Part shown: positions 1 to 18,337 of the stretch, piece after piece | How the letters are laid out: each line of letters begins with the position of its first letter | How positions within the stretch are numbered: the first letter of the stretch is position 1 | Origin: Guillardia theta CCMP2712 | Lineage: Eukaryota > Protista > Cryptophyta | Direction: 5' to 3' | Length of the DNA stretch: 64,000 nt | Assembly: GCF_000315625.1 (NCBI RefSeq) | Contig: NW_005434650.1 | Span: forward strand, 462,005 to 526,004 | Position numbers and translations under genes: made by a program | The notes under the pieces: generated by a model | The model's database searches: none | What the model was told of the DNA's origin: nothing | What the model saw: only the letters and a program-made list of their open reading frames with translations

Positions 1-41
1 TGCATGAGGAGGAGGAGGTGCTGTGCACCGCATGACTGTAA

Positions 42-1800
<1,759 letters not shown>

Positions 1801-2115
1801 AGTCCTTGATGCCATGACGCGCTGTATGAGATGAAGAGACGAGAATTACTCGGCTTGACTTGTCAGAGTCCCTACCACTTTCTCCTTCACTCTTTCATTC
1901 ACGTAAATCTCAAACAACACGAAGACCTGATTGCCGTTGCGCTTCCAAACTCCTCCCATCTCCTCCCCTGTCCAATCTCTCTCACTTCACACACATGTTC
2001 ACTCTGAAGATGCCTTATACACATTTCTCCGTCTCTCCTTCCTTGAGCTACAGCAAACCAGCCTTCTTATCTCTTCACTGTAATGTACACAGGGCTCGAC
2101 CCTCAGCAACGTTGA

Positions 2116-3468
2116 CTAGTTGCACGAGCTTGTCTGATAGTCGATCATCTTCCAGACCCCATCGACGTCCTTGTACACCAGCGCCTGTAAAGCAACTCAG
2201 GCAGGAGCCGTTGCGACAACATACGAACATTCCAGTAACAGCAAACTGAACAAGACTACCACTGCTACACATCACAAATAAGGGACTGCAATAACAACAC
2301 AACCCATCTTCCAGAGCGAAAATCGACAGCGCTTCGGCATATGTCTCAACACTACAAGTCGCTTCCACTTCAAAGTGCCCTCACATTTGCCCGGACATTC
2401 GTCTCGACGGAGTTGACAACTTTCTTGTAGTCTAGGATGAGATACAGGTACCTGACTCGCTCGTAACCGATCAGAACAAACCCATTAAGACTCACGTCAG
2501 CGAGTTCTTCTGCAGGCCGCTTGACAAGACCTGAGCCTGCGCCTTGGCATCCTGCTCGACCAGCTGCTGGATTCCTTGCTGGGTTTCAGTGATCTTCTGC
2601 TGGCTCAGCTTCTGCTGCTGTTCGGCCGCGCCGATGCTGTTCTGCAAGGCGGAGATGTCTGAGTTGATCCCGGAGATTAAGGCAGAGTCCACGGAATTTC
2701 CGCTCTCCAGCGCAGACTTCTTGAAGCTCAGCTTCTGGACCAGGACTGCTTGTAGCTTCAAGATTTGGTCGGAGGCCTGCTGGAGGAGGGTCTGACTGCT
2801 TGTTTGCAGGTCGCTGAGGGTCGAAATCTCTTGCCCGATGTTCCGCACCCTCGTCTCTGCATGCAGCAGCTGGTTCAGCACGTAGCTCTCCTCTGTCGTC
2901 GGCTTCAGGGCGTAGGATCTCAGCAGCTTGTCCGTTGCGTTCGTCCCCTCCAGCAGCACGGGAGCATCGAGGCTGAGCTGAGACCAGGAGTCTCCAACAG
3001 TCGTGATCATCTCGGGGGAGGAGGACTTGATGTTCTTCGAAGAGGTCTGGAGGAGGATCGACCAGGGAAGCTGCGGTTTCTTGCAGATCTGCACGGGTTG
3101 AGTCTTGGACTGATCGGCCATTGCGATGTCCAAGAGGAGGTAAAAACATTGCTTGTCCTGCCACGACATTATGAGTAAGTTGCATTCTCAAGAGAAGGGG
3201 CAAACCGCAGGGCTTGTTGACAAGTATGAGGCCATCGCAATCTTGTTCAAGATCACCGACGTGCAGAAAATGTTCTTGATGTTCATGTAGTCCACCGCAT
3301 ACTGATTCATGTCAGAGAAGATGGAGATAGTCAATATTTTGGCACCTTCGCTACTTGTTGCACTTCCCCCATCATGTCAGGAGATGCTGTCTTCCAGTCG
3401 CTCACAGAAATACCAAAGATGCCGCCGGCAGACATGCAGAAGACAAGGAGGATAGCTTGAAGGTTCAT
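2116..3468 (-). CDS. Secreted hypothetical protein with central coiled coil, possibly cystatin-like folds
   Basis: ATG at 3468 begins MNLQAILLVFCMSAGG (signal-peptide-like). Long exon ~2496-3157 has a heptad-rich segment. A GTGAGT donor near 2495 leads to further short exons ending ALVYKDVDGVWKMIDYQTSSCN*. Some junctions are uncertain. Confidence 0.5.
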
Positions 3469-3520
3469 GGCCTGTACCGTTGTCAGCTTTTCAGCTCCAC
3501 TCCATCACAAATCTTTGCAA

Positions 3521-3660
3521 GTGTTGTGTTGTGTTGTGTTGTGTTGTGTTGTGTTGTGTTGCGTCAGACGTTTCTTTCATATCATTCACTTTACCTCCTT
3601 ATGCTACCTCCTCTCCTCTCCTCTCCTCTCCTCTCCTCTCCTCTCCTCTCCTCTCCTCTC
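3521..3660. repeat. (GTGTT)n and (CCTCT)n microsatellites
   Basis: Pentamer arrays at ~3521-3560 and ~3608-3660. Confidence 0.9.
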
Positions 3661-4039
3661 CATTTCCTAGCCCGTCCCCTGCCATCCATTCGTTTGACCG
3701 CTACCCCTCTTAAAACATTTTTCTTCACGCATATATGTAATATTTAAAGATTACATATCCAACTGAACCAGTCAAATAAGAATATTATCTTGTAGGAAGG
3801 CAATTAATAATAAGTAATGTTTTATTTAGAAACAAAGTTTCATTTCGATTAAAAGGTACAGATCAAAAATATATTTTGGCACATGACTATAAGACCTTGC
3901 GCTAGGATAAAGGAGATAGGTGAGTCCTAGGTATCCGCTTGAGGGATGTCATAGATAGATACCCCGGGGGGTACCTGGCTAGAAGATCCTAAGAACGCGA
4001 AGAGTCAATGCAATGGAGAGGATGAATGATGACGATAAT

Positions 4040-4080
<41 letters not shown>

Positions 4081-4584
4081 GGAGGAAGAGGAAGAAGAAG
4101 AGGAAGAGGGGGAGGAGGAGGAAGAGGGGGAAGAGAAGGAGGACGAGGTGGTGGTGGCTGAGGGGAGGGGGTAGGATGAGGAAGAGAATGGGGAAGGGGG
4201 AGAAGGAGGAGGAGGAGGAGGGGGGGAGACGGAGAACGGTGGTGACAACAAAGGATCCACCTTTCGGAGGGTCGCAAGGAGGGGAAGCAGATGCGAGACG
4301 AATGAATGGGTTTAGACGATGATAGAAACGAAGATTAGACCCTTCTACCCTGCAATCTCGTGACGAACATATTCTCCTCTCTATCAGATGCGGAACGTTT
4401 GCATGGGAGAATGTAATTTTGTAGGTGTGTTCTCATCGAAAGGGCTGTAAATATTTCACAAAAAAAATGAAGAGCGTATGAACATTAGAGTAGTCAATCA
4501 ATCCATTCAAACTAAAGCTAACCTGTAGTACACCTGGATAATGTGGCAGCTATTCACGATACATCTTGTACAGGTCTCATCTCC

Positions 4585-6938
<2,354 letters not shown>

Positions 6939-7366
6939 AGAAGCAAGACAAGTCATGAAGCTGGTTGAACGATGCAACTCTTGATCTTCCACCTGCTCCT
7001 GTGCTCCTGCTCCTGCGCTGCACCTGCACCTGTTCCTGTTCCTGCGCCTGCCCCGGCTTCGGCACCTGGTCCCATCACCACCTGGAACCAGCACCTAGAC
7101 CGACTCTATCGCCATGGACATGTCTGTCCACCTCCTACGTCACTTCTGCGATTCACCTTGACCTGCTTGCCTCTCCTCTACCTGCCTGACACTCGCCCTG
7201 AGATCAATACGGAAAACGATCGAGAAACTCTGCTACTTTACTGTCCTTGTTTCTTACCTCTATTCCATTCCGTTCTTTTGCACCAGCTTCTTTGCTCTCT
7301 GTTTTTTTGCTTTTCTCCATTCCCTCCCTCTTCTCGGCTTCACATTTGCACTCACAATTAGGGAAG

Positions 7367-7835
7367 CTATTTCGGCTTCCAATCTGCTCCCGCAGCTGCT
7401 CCTCCTCTGTCTGTCTCTCTCCTCCATGGCAGCAGTCTGCTCCCGCTGCTCCTTCTGCTCCCGCTGCTCCCGCTGCTCCTTCTGCTCGAGAGTTTCAAAA
7501 GCGGACTCTCCTCCTCTCGCCCCACCTCAACTTCCTTCTCATCTCCTCTCCTCTGGCACTGCTGCAGCTCATGCATCTCATCTTCTCTATGTGCTGGGAG
7601 CATGTCACTTCCAATCTAAAAGCAGATTGTCAAACACGATCAACAGAAACTTCCTCCAGCTCCTCGCCTGCTGATTCTTCTGCTCCTCCTCCTCCTTTTT
7701 GTCGATGCCCTGCAGCGCTCTCTTGCTCTCTTTCCGCCCTCTCCTCCGTATCCTGGCGAGCAGCAACTGCGCGTAGCTCTCGGCGTCCTCGTTGAGCTCC
7801 CGTCGCTCATCGAGGTGCTTTCTCAGCTCCGACAT
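7367..7835 (-). CDS. Hypothetical coding segment(s) between the collagen copies
   Basis: Charged helical ORF MSELRKHLDERRELNEDAESYAQLLLARIRRR plus a downstream ORF. No recognisable domain; gene extent (possibly to 8983) is unresolved. Confidence 0.3.
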
Positions 7836-9817
7836 ATTATATTTGACGCTGCATCAATGAGAGTCTAGCTCCTTCTGCAGCGCTGATGAGGGTTGTGAGC
7901 CTTCGGAAGGAGGGGCTCCAGGGGGAACGGGCTACAAGACTGACTCGCTGACTCGGGGGGATAGAGCTCCACAGTGTAGCTGGCATGAGCCCGGAGAGAG
8001 CTGCCTGCACCTGAGACAATTGCGCCCGTCGCTCCAGATGAGGGGGAAAAGTCTGCATCAACCGTCCTGTGATTGAACGCTGGGGGGGAAGAAAAGGAGG
8101 TCCGCCCGCGAGTTGAAAGAGAGCTGGAGACGGGATCGAATTGTTCAAGTGCGCGTCATCCAGGTCACTGAGTGATAAACTCTCCAAAAGTATCTCTCGA
8201 ATCAGTGTTGATACACGAAGTAATCCCGTCAAAAAACCAAAGAGCAAGTGTGCATAACAGTGTGACATCTATTCAAGAAAGACCTGACGACTTGTCATAT
8301 CCTTTTCAACGAACAAGGTACTGCACACGATTACCTATCCCACGACGAGCCAAAATACTGTCGACCTCAAAATACTGTCCATCTCGTTGAAAGGAGTCGG
8401 TTGAAGCGTATACTGCAAGGTTTCAATCCATGGTTACGCACCTTCAGGCATGCTATCTTGTGTCCAAGAGGCCTAGTGTAACCCTAGGCATGTGGGAACG
8501 TGTTTTCGTTGATTTCGTTTCAGGTTGCAAATGGATGACGCTCGCGCTATGTTACGAAAGGAACTGAGCACGCTGATGGATACTTATCATGCGGAGTCTT
8601 CACTTCACCCAGGTGCAACCTCGGTCACGCTGCCGGATCTCATGATCTCACGCACTCTATAGCGGAACGATTGTAGTAGTATCATTTTGCCGAGACAGAT
8701 AGTCTGCGATGACATAGGAGATTTCTTCCAAGTCGTAGTCGGCAAGAATTTGACACCATCGGTTGCTCTGCGTGAGAAGATACTGCAGACTTTCTTGCTC
8801 TGCAGAGCAATCGAAGAGCCAAGCTCGCGTTCCTTGCTTTGAAAAGAGACGGCAATCTCCCTGGTAGAAGTGAGAGACATAAGGGAAGACGCTGTGTGCA
8901 AACGATCTGCATCGCGGGAGCTGGTCTGCCGGCCTGGCGAGGAATTCTTCACCCAGGGACGCGAAGTGACCCTTAGACGCCATAGGATGGAGAGGAGGAA
9001 GAGGAGGAGGAGGATGAAAAGGAGAGGGATAAGGAGGAGAGGAGGATAAGGAGGAGGATGCCAGAGGAGGGGAGGAGGAGGAGGAGAGGAGGATGAAAGA
9101 GGAGGAGGAGGAGGTTGAAGAGGAGCAGGAGGAGTATAGGAGGAGGAGGATTACAGGAGGAGGAGGACGAGGATGACGAGGATGAAGAGGAGGAGGGGGA
9201 AGAGGATGCCAGAGGAGGAGGAGGACGAGGATGACGAGGATGAAGAGGAGGAGGGGGAAGAGGATGCCAGAGGAGGAGGAGTATAGGAGGAGGAGGATGA
9301 AGAGGAGAGGAGGATGAAGGAGGGTAGGCGGAAGAGTTTTGTTGAATTATTTGACGGTAAATATATTTTTAAGATTATATATATAAAACATTCACTACGA
9401 TTGTCATTCACCTCGGTACTAATCCAGAATATATATATGAAGAGAGGTGATAGGTAGATATCCTATGGGGTACGGGGCTAGGAGATACTAGGAATGCGAA
9501 GAGTCAAGATGGCAACGCGATGAGACGGCAAAAAGAGGAAGGATAAGGAGGAGAAGGGGAAGGAGAATGAGAAGACAAAGATAGTAAAGAAGCAACCCAG
9601 AAACAGATCCTTCTGCCCTGAAATCTCGTGAAGTACATATTCTCCTCTCTATCAGATGCGGAGAAGATTGTGTAGGTGGGTTCTCATCTCGAAAGAGGTA
9701 TCAAGCGCGTATGAACATTAGAGTAGTCAATCAATCCATTCAAAGTAAAGCTAACCTGTAGTACACCTGGATAATGTGGCAGCTATTCACGATACATCTT
9801 GTACAGGTCTCATCTCC

Positions 9818-12147
<2,330 letters not shown>

Positions 12148-12460
12148 AGAAGCAAGGCAAGTCATGAAGCTGGTTGAACGATGCAACTCTTGATCTTCCA
12201 CCTGCTCCTGTGCTCCTGCGCCTGCTCCTGTACTCCTGCTCCTGCGCCTCTGCTCCTGCCCCGGCTTCGGCACCTGGTCCCATCACCACCTGGAACCAGC
12301 ACCTAGACCGACTCTATCGCCATGGACATGTCTGTCCACCTCCTACGTCACTTCTGCGATTCACCTTGACCTGCTTGCCTCTCCTCTACCTGCCTGACAC
12401 TCGCCCTGAGATCAATACGGAAAACGATCGAGAGACTCTGCTACTTTACTGTCCTCCTCC

Positions 12461-15400
12461 TCAAACCCTCTGCCGTTTCTTGAGAAGTGTCAGCGCCAGC
12501 TCCTCCTCGTCCTGCAGCGATCGTTTCTTGTCTATTGCTTCCTCCTTGCCTTTCCCTCCCTTCCAACCTGCGCTTGCCACCTCAACATCACTATTCTCCT
12601 CGTCACTCCCGTCAGAGCTGCGAGCGCCTTGCTCCTCCTCCTCCTCCTCCTCCTCCTCATCATCATCATCATCATCGTCATTCTCCTTCGCGGGACCGGC
12701 CCCGTCGGAGCCTTCCTCGTCCTCCTTGAGCATCTTCTTGAGCTTGATCTTGAGCTTCAGCTTCTGCTCCTTCTGCCTCCTCCTGAACTCCTCGCGGTCT
12801 TCCCGATCTCTCGACGCCATCAGGTTCTGTTGGCAAACTCGTCAGTCTGTTGGGACACAGCTGGGGGTTTCTCACCCGCAGCTGTTCGGCGTGTGCCTCG
12901 GGGGTGATATCATCATCGACTCCCTCCCTCCCCGTCCCCTTCCTCCCCATGTACGCGATCGCGTCCAACGCCTCCCCGGTCTCCTCGTCAAAGACGATGC
13001 GCGAGCCGTTCCCTCCGTTCACTCGGATCTTCTTCATGGACCTCTTGGAGATCCTTGGCTTGAGCTCCTCCTTCTGCTCCTCCTCCTCGTCCGCCATGTT
13101 GAGGTACTTAGGGTTCTCCGAGACCTTGAAGATCTCATCGTCGCTCTCCCCTCCCCCCTCCTCCTCCTCCTTCTCCACCATTCTCCTGTAGCTGTCGGAC
13201 AGCACGTCATGGTTCTTCCTGTTGAACATCTTGGTGAACTTTGACTCTGGCTGCACGGTCGCGATCACTCGTGTCCTCTGTGACTTCTCTTCCTCTTCCT
13301 CTTCCTCTTCCTCTTCCTCTTCCTCTTCCTCTTTCTCCTCCTTCTCAGCTCCCTTATTTCCGTCCTCCCGGAGAGCGTAGGGGATGTTCTTCTTCTTCAC
13401 AGCAGGAGCGGCCACAAACCGCAGCCGCGGCATCGTAGGGAGGCCCCAGGAGGAGGCCAGCAGCTCGACGGGGAGCTTGTTGACGTCAAAGATCTGCTTG
13501 TCCGGCTGCAGGTGGACGCTCCTCAGGTAGGAGACGAAGGCCTTTTGAGCCATGTGCTTCAAGGAAGCGTCCTGGGAGAGAAGAGTGGCGAGCTTTTGAT
13601 GGAGAGGCTGGGGGAAGCAGGAGAGAGGGCAAGATCCAGGAGGAAGAACGGAAGACGAGGAATGAGGGAGACCAGGAGAAGGGGATAGGAAGAGACGGAG
13701 AGGAAGAGGAAGAGAAAATGGAGGTCAGTCACGCGCGAAGGCAAGGATGCTGATCTTCTACCTGCATCCTCGACTTGTTCACTTGGATCTGCTTGATGGG
13801 TATCCTTGCCTCTTGCACGTTGCTCGCCATCTTCTTCTCGTGCTCGCATAGCAGCAGCAGTGACTTCCCCTTCGCCTCGTTCCTGGCTGTCCTCCCCACC
13901 CGATGGATGTACGTCGCCACATCCTCCGGGCAGTCGACCTGTGCACATACTCAGCTGCTCTTTGCACCCCCTTCGCTCCTCGTGTGCGTCCTTCCTGCTC
14001 CCCGCTCCCCGCTCCCCGCTCCCCGCTCCCCGCTCCCTGTTCCCTATCTCCTCTCCTGTTCATTCTCTGGTTCCATCTGCTCCTCATCTCCTCTGATCGA
14101 CTTGCCTGGATCACCCAGTCGACCTCGGGGAAGTCCAGTCCTCGTCCAGCCACGTCAGTCGCGAAGAGAACTGCCTCTTTCCTCTCGCAAAAGTCCAGGA
14201 AGATCTGCAGGTCCATCAGGAGGGAGGGAGACGAGGAAGGGAGACAAGCAGAAAGGAGAGGAAGGAGAGGGAGATGGTGGGACTGCTGAAGGCAGAACAT
14301 GGAGGAGGATGGGAAGGAGAGAGGGAACAAAGGAGGTGAGGAGGAGGAACTCGACGGAGAGGAAGGAGATGGATGGCAGGGAGGGAAGGGAGGACAAAGA
14401 GGAGGATGAGGAGGAGGTGGAGGATGCGAACGGACCTGCAGCCTCTTCTCCTGCTTGATCTTGCCATGGAGGGCGCTCAGGACCACACCTGGGCGAAGGC
14501 GGCAGAAGACCTCGTGGACGAAACGAACTTGATTGCAGGAGGACAGGAAGACGATGGACTTGCTCTTGAGGTGCATCTTGATGAAAGACCACAGCACGTC
14601 CAGTTTCTCCGCCGGGTTTACAACCTACGGGGCGAGGCAGCAGGTCAGCAGACGGTCACGGGAGAGATGAGGAGGGCGGGAAGAAAGAGAAAGGGAGTTG
14701 GAGAGAGGGGCAGGATGTGGAGGAGCCAGCGGAAGCTTCAGAGAGAGCAGAGGAGGAGAAGCAGACGGGGAGGAGTCGCTGAAGGAAGGAAAGAAAACGG
14801 TGAGAAAAGGAGGGGAGAGAATCGGAGGAGGAGCGGGAAGAAGAGAAGGGAGGAGGGGGTGACCATGTAGTGCTGCTGGAGTCTGCTGGGGGTGACGGTG
14901 GAGGAGGCCTCGTGGATAGCTATGTACTCGGGCTCCTTGAGGCTTAGCCTCGCCAGGTCCCTCACCTGCTTGGACAGGGTAGCAGAGAAGAGCAGAGTCT
15001 GCCTGCTCTTGGGCAGGTTCTCAACGATACTGTTGATCGTCGCAGAGAAGCCGAGGTCCAGGATGCGATCGGCCTCGTCAAGGACTAGCACCTGGAGGTT
15101 GCAGGCGTCGAAGCCGTACGTCTCGTCCATGTGCTGCAGCAGCCTCCCCGGCGTGCAGACCAGGATGTTCATGTGGGTGACTCGCTCCTGCTCCTGCCCC
15201 ACGTCCTTGCCACCGATCACCAGCCCTGCCGACATCTCATGCTTCTTCCCGACCTTCCTCAGGACCTCGAAGATCTGGATCGCAAGCTCTCTTGTCGGCG
15301 AGATCACCAGCCCTCCCAGCCCGTCCAGCTTCGACCACTTGAGCCGGAACAGCCTCTCCATTACTGGAATCAGGAACGCCAGCGTCTTCCCCGATCCCGT

Positions 15401-15709
15401 CTTCGCGGCTCCCAGCAGGTCTCGACCTGCCAGGATGTGCGGGATGCAGGCCCTCTGGATGTCCTTCATAGTCTTGTAGCCTCCCTCCTCGAGCCCCTGC
15501 AGCGTCGGGCGCGACAGCGGCAGCTCCCTGAATGACTTGGCTGCTGGCTTGCTGGCAAGGTCATTGGCAAGCGGGTTGGTCCCAGGAGGAGGAGCTTCAG
15601 CTGCGATACGCTGCTCTAGGGTCTGAATCTCCTCCTCCAGCCTTTCATGCTTCTTTGATCGCTGCTCCTTGTGCGTTCCTCCTCCCCTCTGCTTCCCTTT
15701 GGCCACCAT
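12461..15709 (-). CDS. DDX10: DEAD-box RNA helicase DDX10/Dbp4
   Basis: Motifs [31 protein letters not shown] and HRVGRTAR, plus the Dbp4-type C-terminal extension [23 protein letters not shown]. Multi-exon; an alternative upstream ATG lies at 15805. Confidence 0.92.
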
Positions 15710-16919
15710 TTTGCCTGCTGTATCGAGAGAGAAGAGCCTGCCGCCTGTGTCGAGCTTACCAAGAAGCTTCAGCTGCTGCCTGTGCCTCTCTCTTGGCCTG
15801 GGCATGGCAAGAGTCAGAAGAAAGATAACAGGCAGAGAAAAAAACACTCTAATAGCTTCATTGTACAGTGTATGGCAACGAGAAATATGAACATTGAGGT
15901 GGAAAATGGTTGGAGGAAGCAGCGCAAGCGAGTCAATTGCAAGCATTAGAAGCTACACCACAAGCAGGAGTAAGAACAAGAGTGCAGCAATGAGCAGCAG
16001 TAGCAATGGAGCATAGGGCAGTAGGGGCAGGGGCAGCAAGCTTCTACTGCAACTACAGGGGCAGCAGCACTTACTCCAACCTTGTCCTAACAATGTATCG
16101 GAAGAGTATGAGTGTGAGCATGAGCATGCAGGAGGAGCAGGATCAGGATCAGGAGCAGGAGCAGGAGCAGGAGGGGGAGGAGGAGCCGGAGCGTCATGAA
16201 CGGCGCGAGGCGTTAATCGCCGCATGACCGCACGTGCATTGCGCAACTGCGAATGAATTTGGGTCATAGACATTCAGGGGGGTACGGGTACTTTCACTAC
16301 CCCTCCTAAGAACATCATTTTACTCAGATATGTACGGGTGATCATTCCAAGTGTAACATGAATTTCTGGAAAGAAAATCTTGTAAAATGTAAAAAACTAA
16401 AAAACCGTAGGGGCTTGAGAGTTGATAAAAAGTTTGTTTTGTATCGACTTGGGGGTGGGGTACTTTTGGATCTGTGCTGTTTAGAGCAGGTGGGGTACAT
16501 CACCCTACGTGGTCTTATCACACGTTTGTACCCCGAATTTATGGCTCTAAAATACCCTACCCTTGCCTTTCAATCGAGATGTGAAATGATAGGGTAGGGT
16601 AGTAAAAGTACAAAGGGCGATAGGCGCGGGATTTTTCATGGCTTGAATATGTACTAGAGGCATAACAAGTAAAGAAGAAGAGAAGGAGAGAAGAAGAAGA
16701 GAACAAGAAAAAGAGAAAAAGAGAGAAATAAGTGGAGGATAAGAGGAGAAGAAGAGAAGAAGAGAAGAAGAGAAGAAGAGAAGAAGAGCGAAAGGAGAAG
16801 CGAAGAGGAGACGAGGAGAGTGGAAGGAAAACAGAAACGGAGACATCAAGATCGTCATAGGTGGTGGTATCAATCGAGAGACTACGAAAAAGAGAGTGCC
16901 GAATAGAGTGGATCGGAGG

Positions 16920-18108
16920 ATGTTCGTTGATGTCGATTGTGCTCGCAAGCAAGAATTCGATTCATCATCGGAGTATTCTTCGCCATACTTCTCGTACAGG
17001 CGAGAGATTGTCCAGTTTGTTGCCAAAGTGTGCTCCAAGTTCAAGCTGAAGACTTTGACGATCCACTATGCGATGAACTACCTCGATCGTTTCGTGAGAG
17101 CCATCAATATGAAGAGCTCGGACAAATCTCGATACTTTGTCTTCGCAGCTGCTTCTCTGATGATAGCCGCCAAGTTCGAGGTATCCATGTTCCCCGCTCG
17201 TCGATCGCTTGAGGTGAACTAAAGTCGCAGGAACGGCCTGACCACGTGCCATACGTCCAAGAGCTCTTCCTACTCCCCGAACTGCGAGGCTTCGACCACT
17301 CAGAGGTCTCGTCGTCGGAACTCATGATCCTCAAGGGTCTAGGATGGAAACTGCACGTCTGTACCTACGTCCACATGTTGGACTCGCACATCAGCACGGT
17401 GCTTCATGCCATTGCCTCCTCGAGGACGCTGACAAGGCCGCCAGGGGATATGCAGCACGACAGAGGAGGCGTCTGTCGACGACATCTCGCGAAGGAACCT
17501 GGTCAAGTACATCTACTTCTTCGCCGACCTGTGCCTGCTCAACTGCAAGTACTCCGACCTCCCGGTCGGCCACGTCGTCTCCTCCATCATCGGTGAGCTC
17601 TCGCTCCTGCTGCGGTCTCTCCGTCATCCCCGCCATCGTACTGCTCCTGCACCACTCTGGCCCGCGCCTTCTCTCCTGTGCCCTCCCTCTCCCTCCTCCG
17701 GTTGAGTCTGTCAAGGTGACTTGACTCGTTTCAGGAGCTGCCCGGCTGTCGGTCCAGCTGCAACCCTGGTGGCCCACCAGCCTCGAGGAGACGCTGAGCT
17801 TCCGGGAGAAGGATATCGAAGCTTGCACGCACATGATCTTGAACGACTTCCTGCTCCAGTGGCCCGACTGGTTTCCTCAGCACCTGAGAGGATGGAAGGC
17901 TGCTGTTGCGTCGACGCCGTGCCGAGTGCCATGCAGGGAGGAGAGGGAGTCTTTGGATGCGATGCACATCGACGAGGAGGGTTATAAGAAGAATCTCCTG
18001 CAGGAGATGGAGAGAGACGTCGAGGAGGACGGGGAGGCTGCGATGCTTGTTGCACCCCTCCCTTTATCATCTAAGCTGAAGGATGGAAGTCAGCTGCTGG
18101 TGCTTTAG
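16920..18108 (+). CDS. Cyclin-box protein
   Basis: RREIVQFVAKVCSKFKLKTLTIHYAMNYLDRF...AASLMIAAKFEE...ELMILKGLGWKL is a cyclin N-terminal box. Spliced, followed by a C-terminal cyclin-like region. Confidence 0.85.
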
Positions 18109-18337
18109 ATGCTGGACGCATTACATCGGTTACGTAGAAGTTGAGTGTTGGTTTGCCTTGTTTGTGTTTCTATTTTGTAATCTAGTTACACCTATGTGAT
18201 GTAGTGCATGATTGAATTAAGATACCTTACTCCTCATATTTGCCCAGACACATATTGTCAACATGACCTCCTTCCATACCATTTCTCTTCCTCTTCCCAC
18301 TCCCGCCCCATCCTCACCATTGGACTCCTTGTGCAGT

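Noticed and set aside
12174-13244. 356-aa plus-strand ORF
   Set aside because: It is antisense to DDX10 3' exons and low complexity.
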